Shown here piece after piece: positions 28,393 through 37,183 of a stretch of 64,000 bases of DNA. How positions within the stretch are numbered: position 1 is the first letter of the stretch; every line of letters begins with the position of its first letter. Under the pieces are notes generated by a model, which ran no database searches, was not told the DNA's origin, and saw only the letters and a program-made list of their open reading frames with translations. Made by a program: the position numbers and the translations under genes. This stretch comes from Candidatus Latescibacterota bacterium. GTDB lineage: Bacteria > Latescibacterota > UBA2968 > UBA8231. The DNA is taken from NCBI GenBank assembly GCA_965203175.1, contig OZ241867.1:544001-608000 (forward strand), read 5' to 3'.

Positions 28393-29733
28393 ATGGAAAC
28401 TACGACCACACTCAACCCTGCTCCGGCGTCTTCCCACATAATGGCCAAGCCCTCGGGCTCGGTCTGCAACATCGACTGCAAGTACTGCTTCTACCTGGAG
28501 AAGGAGAAGCTCTACCCGGACGCGCGCAAAAGTTGGCGCATGTCCGACGAGACGCTCGAACTATACGTCAAGCAGTACATCGAAGCTCAAGACGTGCCGC
28601 AGGTGGACTTCGCCTGGCAGGGCGGCGAGCCGACCCTGATGGGCGTGGACTTCTTCCGCCGCGCAGTCGAGCTACAGAAGCAATACGCCAACGGCAAGCT
28701 CGTCACCAACGCCTTCCAGACCAACGGCATCCTCCTCGACGACGAGTGGGGCGAGTTCCTCGCGGAAAACAAATTCCTAATCGGGCTGTCGATCGACGGG
28801 CCGCGCGAATACCACGACTACTACCGAGTTGACAAAGGCCAGAAACCGACCTACGACCGAGTGTACGCCGGTCTGCAAATGCTCAAAAAGCACGGGGTAG
28901 AATTCAATACCCTGACCGTGCTGCAAAACCACAACGCCGATCAGCCGCTCGAAATCTACCGCTTCCTGCGCGAAGAGGGCTCGGGATTTATGCAGTTTAT
29001 TCCCATCGTCGAGCGCATCGCGCACGAGCCGGACGAGGACGGATTAGAGTTAGTCGATCCCGAATACGAGGGCCGGGCACCCGTTTCCAAATGGTCGGTG
29101 GGGCCAGGGCAGTACGGCAAATTCCTCTGCGCGATCTTCGACGAGTGGGTGCGCAACGACGTCGGCCAAGTCTTTGTGCAGCTTTTTGACGTGACGCTCG
29201 GCTCGTGGCTGGGCCAAGATGCGAGCCTGTGCATCTTTGCCGAGACCTGCGGCAAGGCGCTGATCATCGAGCACAACGGCGACCTGTACTCCTGCGACCA
29301 CTTCGTCTACTCGGATTATCGCCTGGGCAATGTCCACGAAGAGAGCATCCGCGACATGGTCGCCAGCCCGCAGCAGACCAAGTTCGGGCAGGACAAAAAG
29401 GACACCCTGCCCCAGTACTGCATTGAATGCGACTACCGCTTCGCCTGCAACGGCGGTTGCCCCAAGCACCGCTTTACCAAAACCCCGCGCGGCGAGGACG
29501 GCCTCAACTATTTGTGCAAGGGGTACAAAATGTACTTCGGGCACGTCGATCCCTACATGCGCTTTATGGCCAACGAACTGCGGCACGGCCGACCAGCTAC
29601 CGGCGTAATGGAATGGACCCGCAAACGAGACGCGGTCAAGGCCGCCCTGCACCAAAAGGCCCCAGGCCGCAACGACCCGTGCTCCTGCGGCAGCGGCAAG
29701 AAGTACAAGCGCTGCTGTGGCCGAGCCGCATAA
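28393..29733 (+). CDS. Anaerobic sulfatase maturase (radical SAM/SPASM) with C-terminal SEC-C motif
   Basis: KPSGSVCNIDCKYCFY, WQGGEPTL, YSCDHFV, CxxC...CNGGCPK...LC, PGRNDPCSCGSGKKYKRCC. Confidence 0.93.
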   Translation: METTTTLNPAPASSHIMAKPSGSVCNIDCKYCFYLEKEKLYPDARKSWRMSDETLELYVKQYIEAQDVPQVDFAWQGGEPTLMGVDFFRRAVELQKQYANGKLVTNAFQTNGILLDDEWGEFLAENKFLIGLSIDGPREYHDYYRVDKGQKPTYDRVYAGLQMLKKHGVEFNTLTVLQNHNADQPLEIYRFLREEGSGFMQFIPIVERIAHEPDEDGLELVDPEYEGRAPVSKWSVGPGQYGKFLCAIFDEWVRNDVGQVFVQLFDVTLGSWLGQDASLCIFAETCGKALIIEHNGDLYSCDHFVYSDYRLGNVHEESIRDMVASPQQTKFGQDKKDTLPQYCIECDYRFACNGGCPKHRFTKTPRGEDGLNYLCKGYKMYFGHVDPYMRFMANELRHGRPATGVMEWTRKRDAVKAALHQKAPGRNDPCSCGSGKKYKRCCGRAA

Positions 29734-29746
29734 CGGAAAGGAAGCA

Positions 29747-30649
29747 ATGATCGATATCGAGCTAATTCCCGCAGACTGCAAGGCCGTCGTCACCATCGAC
29801 GGCCAGCTTTTTACCGAATACCGCTACGGCCACTACGTGTGCCGCCCGTACTTCTACCCCGTGCTGACGCCCAGCGGCACTGGCCTCACCCGAGCCTATC
29901 CGATGGAAGGTGTCGAAGGCGAGAACCAAGACCACTACCACCATCGCGGCATCTACACGGCCCACGGCCTCGTCAACGGCCACAACCTCTGGGACGAAGG
30001 CACCGGCCACGGAGCCATGCTCCAACGGGGCGAGCCGGTAGTAGGCGCAGCCGACGGCGCAGCGCAGATCGATGGGATCGTCGATTGGTTTGGGCCGGAG
30101 GGGGAGAAGCTGCTAGAGGAGCGGCGCACCATCGCCATCCGCGCCGAAGGTGCGTTGCGCATCATAGACCAACGCAGCGAGTTCCGCGCCCGCTACGGTG
30201 ACTTGACTTTCGGCGACACCAAAGAGGGCGGGCTGTTTTCGATCCGGGTGCCGACCTCCATGGATGCCAAGGTCGCGGGGCGGATTGAAAATTCCGCCGG
30301 CCAAGTCTTTGAAAACGGCCAAGGCGAGGAGGTTACTTGGGGCCAGCAGGCAGCTTGGGTGGATTACTCCGGACCGGTAGCCGATGGCGAGGAGTGGGGG
30401 CACACCGTCGTCGATCACCGCGACAATCCCCGCCATCCAACCTACTGGCACGTGCGCGGCTACGGGCTGTTTACCGCCAACCCCTTTGGAGTGCACGATT
30501 TTAAGGGCGACGAGAACATCGACGAGAGCCTGACCATCCCCGGCGGCGACCAGGCCGTCTTCCGCTACCGGCTAATCATCCACCCCGGCCGCAGCGTGGA
30601 CGGACACCCAGACGTGCGCCAGCTAATCGAGCAGTTCCAAGCGGAATAG
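29747..30649 (+). CDS. DUF6807 ('PmoA family' label) beta-sandwich protein
   Basis: RPYFYPV, DHYHHRGI, FGDTKEGG, WVDYSG, NPRHPTYWHVRGYGLFTANPFG. Confidence 0.75.
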   Translation: MIDIELIPADCKAVVTIDGQLFTEYRYGHYVCRPYFYPVLTPSGTGLTRAYPMEGVEGENQDHYHHRGIYTAHGLVNGHNLWDEGTGHGAMLQRGEPVVGAADGAAQIDGIVDWFGPEGEKLLEERRTIAIRAEGALRIIDQRSEFRARYGDLTFGDTKEGGLFSIRVPTSMDAKVAGRIENSAGQVFENGQGEEVTWGQQAAWVDYSGPVADGEEWGHTVVDHRDNPRHPTYWHVRGYGLFTANPFGVHDFKGDENIDESLTIPGGDQAVFRYRLIIHPGRSVDGHPDVRQLIEQFQAE

Positions 30650-30666
30650 GATAGCATCTGCACGAG

Positions 30667-30695
30667 AAAAAACCGGTCTGCGGGCCGGTTTTTTT
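30667..30695. terminator. Bidirectional intrinsic terminator
   Basis: AAAAAA-CCGGTC-TGCG-GGCCGG-TTTTTTT. Confidence 0.75.
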
Positions 30696-30728
30696 GTGCC
30701 TCGCCACAATTTCAAAAAGCGGAGAGCA

Positions 30729-31793
30729 ATGACCAAGAACAAGCAAGACAAGCTGCGCGTCGCCCTGATCGGCGCTGGGGGGATCGCTGGATCGCACATG
30801 CGCTATTACCAAGACATGGACGACGTGAAGATGGTCGCCGCGGCAGACGTGGTCCTCGAACGAGCGCAAAAATCCTGCGAGGAATACGAAATCCCCGCAG
30901 CCTACGCCGACTACGAGGAGATGCTCCGGCAGGTCGCACCCGACGCGGTGAGCGTCTGTACGCCCAACGGCCTACACGCTCCCTGCTCCATCGCCGCGCT
31001 CGACGCGGGGGCTCACGTCCTCGTCGAGAAGCCTTTGGCCATGAATGCGCGCGAGGGGCAGCAGATGCTCGACGCCGCGGAGAAAAATGGCAAAAAGCTG
31101 ATCATTGGCTTCCAGAACCGCTACGATCCGAAGACGCAGTTTATCAAGAAGCTCGTTGACGACGGCGAGTTGGGTACAGTCCTGTACGCCCGAGTGCAGT
31201 CCCTGCGGCGACGCGGCATTCCCAACTGGGGCGTCTTCGGCCGCAAGGACCTGCAAGGCGGCGGCCCGCTGATCGACATCGGCGTCCACATGCTGGAGGC
31301 CACGCACTATGCAATGGGCTCGCCCAAACCAGTGGCAGCCAGTGGCAGCACCTATACCTACATCGGCGACAAGCCGTCAAACGTGGCCTCGATCTGGCCC
31401 AACTGGGATTACAAGACCTATACAGTAGAGGACTTAGCCGTGGGTCACATCCGCTTTGCCAACGGCGCGATGATCAGCATTGAGACCAGCTTCGCCGCCC
31501 ATATCGAGAAGGGTGAGGGGAACTTCACACTGATGGGCGAGAAGGGGGGTACCACCTGGGATCCGCCGGGTTTTTTTCACGACGCCAACGACTACATGGT
31601 CAACACCCGGCCCGACTGGCTGCCCAGCGGCCCGGCAGCCGACGGCTTTGGCCAGAAGATGCGCAACTTCGTCGATCACGTGCTCTACGGCGCGGAAACC
31701 CTATCGCCCGGAGAGCACGGGCTGATGGTGCAGAAAATGATGGACGGGATATACGAGTCGGCAGAGCAGGAGCGGGAAGTGCGGATTGAGTAA
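30729..31793 (+). CDS. Gfo/Idh/MocA family oxidoreductase
   Basis: IGAGGIA, VCTPNGLH, VEKPLA, GGGPLIDIGVH. Confidence 0.93.
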   Translation: MTKNKQDKLRVALIGAGGIAGSHMRYYQDMDDVKMVAAADVVLERAQKSCEEYEIPAAYADYEEMLRQVAPDAVSVCTPNGLHAPCSIAALDAGAHVLVEKPLAMNAREGQQMLDAAEKNGKKLIIGFQNRYDPKTQFIKKLVDDGELGTVLYARVQSLRRRGIPNWGVFGRKDLQGGGPLIDIGVHMLEATHYAMGSPKPVAASGSTYTYIGDKPSNVASIWPNWDYKTYTVEDLAVGHIRFANGAMISIETSFAAHIEKGEGNFTLMGEKGGTTWDPPGFFHDANDYMVNTRPDWLPSGPAADGFGQKMRNFVDHVLYGAETLSPGEHGLMVQKMMDGIYESAEQEREVRIE

Positions 31794-31811
31794 GCGTCAA
31801 TTTTTTTAAAA

Positions 31812-31850
31812 TGGCGTAAATTTTGCAGTGATGCTTACAATTTTACGCCA
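31812..31850. repeat. AT-rich inverted repeat between convergent genes
   Basis: TGGCGTAAA...TTTACGCCA. Confidence 0.55.
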
Positions 31851-31877
31851 AATCTGACAAAACCGCTCAGCGCACAT

Positions 31878-32885
31878 TTAATCCCACTCCACCTCAACCC
31901 CCAACTCGCGCCCGCACGCCGCTAGCCTTTCCAAATCGTCCAATCCTATCGGCACCCCTTCGCGGGCGTATTCCTCGCTCTTGCGGTGCTCAATAGTGCC
32001 CGGCACGGTCGCCTCGTCGTACCCGCGCACGGGTTCCATGGTCTCGCGGACGCCGCGCACGAGATTGTCAACGCCAGCGCGGAAGGCGTCGGGCGGGGCA
32101 AACGCGCCAATGTCCATGACGATGATCAGGCCGCCACTGCCCGCGTTGGACCACCGCTGGGTAACGTCCCGAGCGCGGTCGCTGTTCTGACCGACGAAAG
32201 CTCCGCCCAGCGTCAAGGCCGAGCCAGTGTAGCCCATCGATTTGAAGAAAGCCGGCGGAATCAGCTCCTGTAAAGCGTCGTATTCCGGGCCGCGATGATA
32301 GTCGGCCAAGATGCAAGTCGCTGCGTCGAGGACCAGCGGCGGCTCTTCTTCTGACGGGAAGCCGAAGGACAGCGGCGGGTTGCCCCAGTAGGCCGACTGC
32401 TGGCCCTTGTTGCCGCCCCCCTCGCCGAAGTAATTGGGATGAGACCCCTGAACCGAAAAGGCGCAGCAGCCCTCCTGCATGGCGCGGCGCACGTAGTGCC
32501 CGGCCGAACCGTAGTGCCCGAGGTGGCAGGCCGCGCCGAGAGCAACCTTGTACTGCTTGGCCTTCTCAATGGCCTTTTCAGTGGCCAGCATCATCGGCGC
32601 GTAGCCCAAGCCACCGTCGCCGTCGATGAGGACCGTGGTCTCGGTATCTTGGAGCACGCGCAGGTCGGGGTTGGGATTGATGGCGCCGTCGCGGAGGCCA
32701 CCGCAATAGCCAACCATGGCGCGGGTGCCGTGCGAGCGCACGCCGCGCAGGTCGGAGTTGGACAACAGCTCGGCTAGCTGATCGGCGTGGTCGGCGCGCA
32801 GCCCGGCGGCCTTGAGGCAGTCGGCGGTAAAGGAGCGCAGGAGGGCGACGGGTACGCGTTTGAATTCTGCGGGAGGGCGGTTCAT
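31878..32885 (-). CDS. Ldh_2 family (type 2 malate/L-lactate/sulfolactate dehydrogenase-like) oxidoreductase
   Basis: DLRGVRSHG, IDGDGGLG, HYGSAGHY, GNPPLSFG. Confidence 0.88.
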   Translation of the reverse strand: MNRPPAEFKRVPVALLRSFTADCLKAAGLRADHADQLAELLSNSDLRGVRSHGTRAMVGYCGGLRDGAINPNPDLRVLQDTETTVLIDGDGGLGYAPMMLATEKAIEKAKQYKVALGAACHLGHYGSAGHYVRRAMQEGCCAFSVQGSHPNYFGEGGGNKGQQSAYWGNPPLSFGFPSEEEPPLVLDAATCILADYHRGPEYDALQELIPPAFFKSMGYTGSALTLGGAFVGQNSDRARDVTQRWSNAGSGGLIIVMDIGAFAPPDAFRAGVDNLVRGVRETMEPVRGYDEATVPGTIEHRKSEEYAREGVPIGLDDLERLAACGRELGVEVEWD

Positions 32886-32922
32886 AGAGAGTCCTTGGGG
32901 TTAAAATTTGCTTGCACGGCCT

Positions 32923-33987
32923 TCAGACGAGGGCCTCGCGGAGAAAGTCGTATGCGCGGGCACCGCTGATCTGGTGGCGGCCCGAAAAAATGTCGGCTTC
33001 CACTCGGTGGCGAGCTGAGAAAACATCGTATACCCGGCGCGTTTTGGTCAGGCTAGAGCGCACGGCAGCAATCGGGAAAATGGGGTCGTGGGTGCCAGCT
33101 TCCACCAACAATGGGCGCGGGGCGATGAGCCCGACCAGATCGTACATCTCACCGAATTCGGCCAAGCCCGGCACGTAGTTGCAGGGGCAGTGCGACATGG
33201 CGAGGATGCTGTGCTGGAAAGTCGAGTAATAGCCGCTGATCACGCAGGCGCGGATGCGCTCGTCCATGCAGGAGGAGAAGAAGGTGTGCATGCCGCCGCC
33301 CGAAATGCCCATGGCACCGAGGCGGCTGGTATCGAACTCGGGGCGGGTTTCCAAGTAATCGACCAAGCGCAGCCCATCGCGCACGCGGATGCCCACCACT
33401 GAGGTGCCCAAGTGGAAGGCCAGCATGGCCATATGGGTGCAAGTCGAAGGCACTCCTTGGCCGCGTTCCAGATAGGAGAAATCGGTCTGGCGCTCGCCAA
33501 AACCCGAAATTTCTGGGGCGGCCACGGCAAAGCCAGCGCGGCACAGGGCCACGCCGAAGTCCTTGTGGTACCCGTCGGGCTCGTCGCGCTCGCCGCCGTC
33601 TTCCCACAAACCAACGATGTCCTTGACGCCGTATCCGTGGCCGTGGAAAGCCACGACTGTGGGCAGGGGACCGTCGGCACCTTTGGGCAGCAGGATATAC
33701 ACCGGCATCTGCGCGTGGGGGCCGGTGCGCAGGATTATTTTTTGCCGCGTGTAATCGCCTTTGTCGATTTCTTCTACTTTGCGCGGTGCCAAGTCCATCT
33801 CGTCGCCAGCTTCTGAACCCAGATGCTTGGCAAGGGCGCGTCGCGTCGTCTTCTGCCAGCGGCGCGCTTGGGCCGGGTTTTCGGCCTTAAAGGCGCGGGG
33901 CACTGCCGCCGGGTCGTACTGTTTCCACAGCGAGGTCGCCGGTTGCAGTCGCTTTAGGGTGCGATTGTCGAGTATTTTGGAGGCCAT
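32923..33987 (-). CDS. Alpha/beta hydrolase (dienelactone hydrolase/acetyl xylan esterase-like)
   Basis: FHGHG, nucleophile elbow GISGG, IAPRPLLV, D and H of the triad; start trimmed to MASK. Confidence 0.85.
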   Translation of the reverse strand: MASKILDNRTLKRLQPATSLWKQYDPAAVPRAFKAENPAQARRWQKTTRRALAKHLGSEAGDEMDLAPRKVEEIDKGDYTRQKIILRTGPHAQMPVYILLPKGADGPLPTVVAFHGHGYGVKDIVGLWEDGGERDEPDGYHKDFGVALCRAGFAVAAPEISGFGERQTDFSYLERGQGVPSTCTHMAMLAFHLGTSVVGIRVRDGLRLVDYLETRPEFDTSRLGAMGISGGGMHTFFSSCMDERIRACVISGYYSTFQHSILAMSHCPCNYVPGLAEFGEMYDLVGLIAPRPLLVEAGTHDPIFPIAAVRSSLTKTRRVYDVFSARHRVEADIFSGRHQISGARAYDFLREALV

Positions 33988-34034
33988 AACGGATCCTAAG
34001 GGTGAAGCGACCGGGTGGCGTTCGGTCGCTAATT

Positions 34035-35285
34035 TCATCCACTCTCACCACTCATCACTAACTCCCCAACGACTTGCACCAGTACTTCGTCGCCGATCTC
34101 GGCGAGCTGGCGAGGTTCTAAGACGACGAAACTGTTGGCGTTGAGCATAGAGCTGATTATGTGCGAGCCTTGGCTGCGGGCGGGGCGCACCCAGAACTGG
34201 CCATCTTGGTAGCGCAAGGTGGCGCGCATGTACTGGCGGCGGTCGCCATCGTTGTCGCAGGGGCTTTCTACCCGGGCGTGCGCCTCGGGCAAAAACCACG
34301 CCGATTGCGGATAGCCTGCGGCCTTGCGGATGGCCGGGCGCACGAACTGGAGAAAGGACATCATGCTCGATACCGGGTTGCCGGGCAGACCGAAGTACGG
34401 CACGCCGCCGACCGTGCAAAAGACCAGCGGCTTGCCTGGTTTCATGGCTACGCGCCAGAAAATTGTCTCGGCTCCCAAGTCGTCGAGGACCTTTTTGACG
34501 AAATCGTACTCGCCGACTGAGACGCCACCTGAGGAGACGGCAAAGTCAGCGCGGAGCGCGGCCTCAATGGTGGCGCGGATTGCGGCCTCGTCGTCCGCTA
34601 CTGTAGGCAGCATCACTGGCTCGGCTCCATGGGCATGGCAAAAGGCGGCTAGGGCGCACGTATTGCTGTTGACAATCTGGCCTTCTCCAGGCGTCTCCTC
34701 AATCTCGACCAGCTCGTCGCCAGTGGAGAGGATGGCGACGCGCGGCCGGCGGTACACCGAGACGAAGCTCTGCTGCACGGCGGCGAGCACGGCCAGTTCG
34801 CCCGGACCGCACTCGGTGCCAGCTTTGATAATCGGTTCGCCGCAGCGCATGTCCTCACCGCGCCGACGAATGTGCGCGCCGCACTCTTCAATGGCGAGGA
34901 TCTCGACCTCTTGCTCAGCGGGGCGGGTGTCCTCTACCGGGGCGATGGTGTCGGCTCCGGCGGGCACGGCCGCACCCGTCATAATGCGGCTGGCTTGACC
35001 GGGGCCAACTGCTTTTTGCGGCACTTTGCCAGCCGGGATGTCTTCAATGACCTCCAAAGCTACGGCCGCGTCCTCCCTCGCGGCGGCTACGTCTGCATGG
35101 CGCACGGCATAGCCGTCCATGGCCGAGTTGTCGCAGGGCGGATTGTCGCGGCGCGCCAACACGTCTTGGGCGAGCACGCGGCCAGCGGCGTCGAGCAGCG
35201 AGACGCGCTCAGGGCCGAGGACTTGTGCGTAGTCGAGGACGATGGCGCGGGCCTCTTCCGGGGTGAGCATCGGGTCGAAGGGCAT
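34035..35285 (-). CDS. moeA: Molybdopterin molybdotransferase
   Basis: NSAMDGYA, IMTGA, STGDEL, SGGVSVG, MKPGKP, GLPGNPVS. Confidence 0.95.
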   Translation of the reverse strand: MPFDPMLTPEEARAIVLDYAQVLGPERVSLLDAAGRVLAQDVLARRDNPPCDNSAMDGYAVRHADVAAAREDAAVALEVIEDIPAGKVPQKAVGPGQASRIMTGAAVPAGADTIAPVEDTRPAEQEVEILAIEECGAHIRRRGEDMRCGEPIIKAGTECGPGELAVLAAVQQSFVSVYRRPRVAILSTGDELVEIEETPGEGQIVNSNTCALAAFCHAHGAEPVMLPTVADDEAAIRATIEAALRADFAVSSGGVSVGEYDFVKKVLDDLGAETIFWRVAMKPGKPLVFCTVGGVPYFGLPGNPVSSMMSFLQFVRPAIRKAAGYPQSAWFLPEAHARVESPCDNDGDRRQYMRATLRYQDGQFWVRPARSQGSHIISSMLNANSFVVLEPRQLAEIGDEVLVQVVGELVMSGESG

Positions 35286-35514
35286 ATCGGGTATCTTGAC
35301 TCCTTATTTGTGTAGGCGACAGAAGATACAGCAGAACGACGGTGATACAAATCCCTCGCGGCAGGGTCAACATGGCGCTCAACCAGCAAATGCGGCTAGA
35401 GCGGTAGCGTCGGGCGGGGTCATTCTACGTACATTTGTCGTGCGAGTCGGCGCGGAGTTTGCGCTTGCGGATGAATCGAGCGGAATTGGTGTGTGGAAGG
35501 GCGTGTGACCGTAT

Positions 35515-35981
35515 CTACAATTTGAAGAGCAGCGTCCCCATCATTGACAGCCAAGAGGTAATGACCAAGCCGATAACCAAGTTAAATTTGCCGTTGAACT
35601 CGCGGCGCAATTCGCGTATTTCGACTTCAATCTTGCCTTCGACTTTGCTATCAAGAGCGTCGATCTTGTCTTCGACTTTGTGATCGAGTGCGTCAATCTT
35701 GCCCTCAAATTTGTTATCGAAAGCATTGAACTTGTCTTCAAATTTGCTATCAAGCGCGTCGATCTTGCCTTCAAACTTGCGGTCAAAAGCGTCGATCTTA
35801 GCCTCAAATTTACTATCGAGCGCGTCAATTTAGTCTCAAATTTGCGATCAAAAGCGTCGATCTTAGCCTCGATCTTGGTATGGTTTTCGCGCACATCCGT
35901 CTCGATGAGACTCAGGCGATGGTCGATCTGCTGCAAAACATCGCGCGTGGTGAGCTCGGGAGAGGATTGTGGAGTGGACAT
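35515..35981 (-). pseudogene. Frameshifted hendecad coiled-coil protein with C-terminal TM anchor (DUF1640/Bdr/CCDC90-like)
   Basis: Adding one base near 35829-35831 restores the KFExKIDAxDx repeats and ...RELRREFNGKFNLVIGLVITSWLSMMGTLLFKL* ending at TAG 35515-35517. Confidence 0.75.
35614..35876 (-). repeat. About eight imperfect 33-nt tandem repeats (coding)
   Basis: Units such as AAATTTGAGGCTAAGATCGACGCTTTTGACCGC on the minus strand. Confidence 0.85.
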
Positions 35982-36161
35982 CTAGGCATCCCTTGGTATT
36001 GGGTCAAAGATAATCGGCTACATGGCTTATGCAAAATGCAGGCCAATCGTTTGCACTCTGAACGAGGACGCTTTGCTAGACGACGCGATGTAGTATGGGA
36101 GAAACAGCCGTGTTGCTATTGCGCTACATGGATCGGTAAGGCGGGATTAATGCAGAAGAGA

Positions 36162-36198
36162 GCGTAGAGGCGGCTTGCGCTCCGCACCGCCCCTACGC
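36162..36198. repeat. GTAG-type REP-like palindrome
   Basis: GCGTAGAGGCGG-N13-CCGCCCCTACGC just downstream of the TolB-like gene. Confidence 0.6.
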
Positions 36199-36209
36199 AC
36201 GAGGCGCGA

Positions 36210-37079
36210 TTAATGAGAAATCAGCGACTTGATCCGTCCCCACGACTGGGACTCGACGCTCGTCGCAGTAGCAGAAGGGGAAACCGGTTGCCAAGCGGGC
36301 TGGCGTCCACCTAAACCATTGGTCAATTCGACCAAGTTGCTACCATCTATATCGACAGCCCAAATGAGACCGTTGCGAGAAGAGAAGGCCATTCTCATGC
36401 TGCTGGGAGACCAAGTAGGGTACTCGAACGTTATTAAAAAACCAGATAGCGGCGTACCTTGGTCGGGTAGGTCAGGTAGCGGAATACCCCAAGGCTCGCT
36501 AGGCAAGGGAAAAAACGGGGGACCATCGGCATCGCGGATATAGAGGCGAGCATGGCCCTCTTCGTCCAGCAACACGACGATGGCTTCTTTGGTTCCGTCC
36601 GGCGAACGAGAAGCGGGGAAATGGGGAGCCTCTTTGCCGTCCACGAGTATGGGATCACTTCCATCTAATGCTACCGCGAACGTATCACCCTCCCCCTCCG
36701 GCTCCGAGACAGAATAGAAAATGTTACTCCCATCTTCAGACCACGAAAGAAATATCCAATTCCTTCCCGGAATATCTATCACCTGTTGCGGATTACTGCC
36801 GTCGGCGTCCATCACCCAGATTTCCCTGTTAATTTCACCATTATCTAATGTGTGGGAGATATAGGCGATCTTCGTGCCATCTGGGGACCAAGCCGGACTA
36901 ATGCAAGACCGTCCTTCGGTCAACTTTACGGGGTCGCTCCCATCCCCATTCATAATCCACACGTCCGCGTCCCCCTCGCGGTGGGAGATAAACGCGATTT
37001 TACCGTCGGCTTGCCCCCAGCCAGCGACAGCCAACCCCAGCGTTGCCAAGCAGACGATCAATATCGACCGAAAGTTCAT
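36210..37079 (-). CDS. Secreted TolB-like/PD40 beta-propeller protein with C-terminal SWGxIK motif
   Basis: Signal peptide; KIAFIS, PAWSPDGTKIAY, PTWSPS repeats; ends TSVESQSWGRIKSLISH. Confidence 0.8.
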   Translation of the reverse strand: MNFRSILIVCLATLGLAVAGWGQADGKIAFISHREGDADVWIMNGDGSDPVKLTEGRSCISPAWSPDGTKIAYISHTLDNGEINREIWVMDADGSNPQQVIDIPGRNWIFLSWSEDGSNIFYSVSEPEGEGDTFAVALDGSDPILVDGKEAPHFPASRSPDGTKEAIVVLLDEEGHARLYIRDADGPPFFPLPSEPWGIPLPDLPDQGTPLSGFLITFEYPTWSPSSMRMAFSSRNGLIWAVDIDGSNLVELTNGLGGRQPAWQPVSPSATATSVESQSWGRIKSLISH

Positions 37080-37127
37080 AACGCGGCTCCTTTCTTAAGG
37101 CGAATAGAGCAGGGCGTCGTTAGATGT

Positions 37128-37136
37128 ATTATACCA
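37128..37136 (-). promoter_or_regulatory. Extended -10 promoter of the TolB-like gene
   Basis: Minus strand TGGTATAAT, followed by RBS AAGGAG. Confidence 0.55.
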
Positions 37137-37183
37137 CAAATTGTAACCTAGATCACATCGGTTCCTACTATTCCGACGTCGCA

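Noticed and set aside
29747-30649. Methane monooxygenase PmoA
   Set aside because: Soluble protein without TM helices and no pmoB/pmoC; the 'PmoA family' name attached to DUF6807-type proteins is misleading.
35286-35514. Moco riboswitch upstream of moeA
   Set aside because: I could not identify the conserved structure by eye; an Rfam covariance search would be needed.
35614-35876. 33-nt repeats as CRISPR or non-coding satellite
   Set aside because: The units are contiguous, vary mostly at synonymous or conservative positions, and encode an 11-residue coiled-coil repeat.
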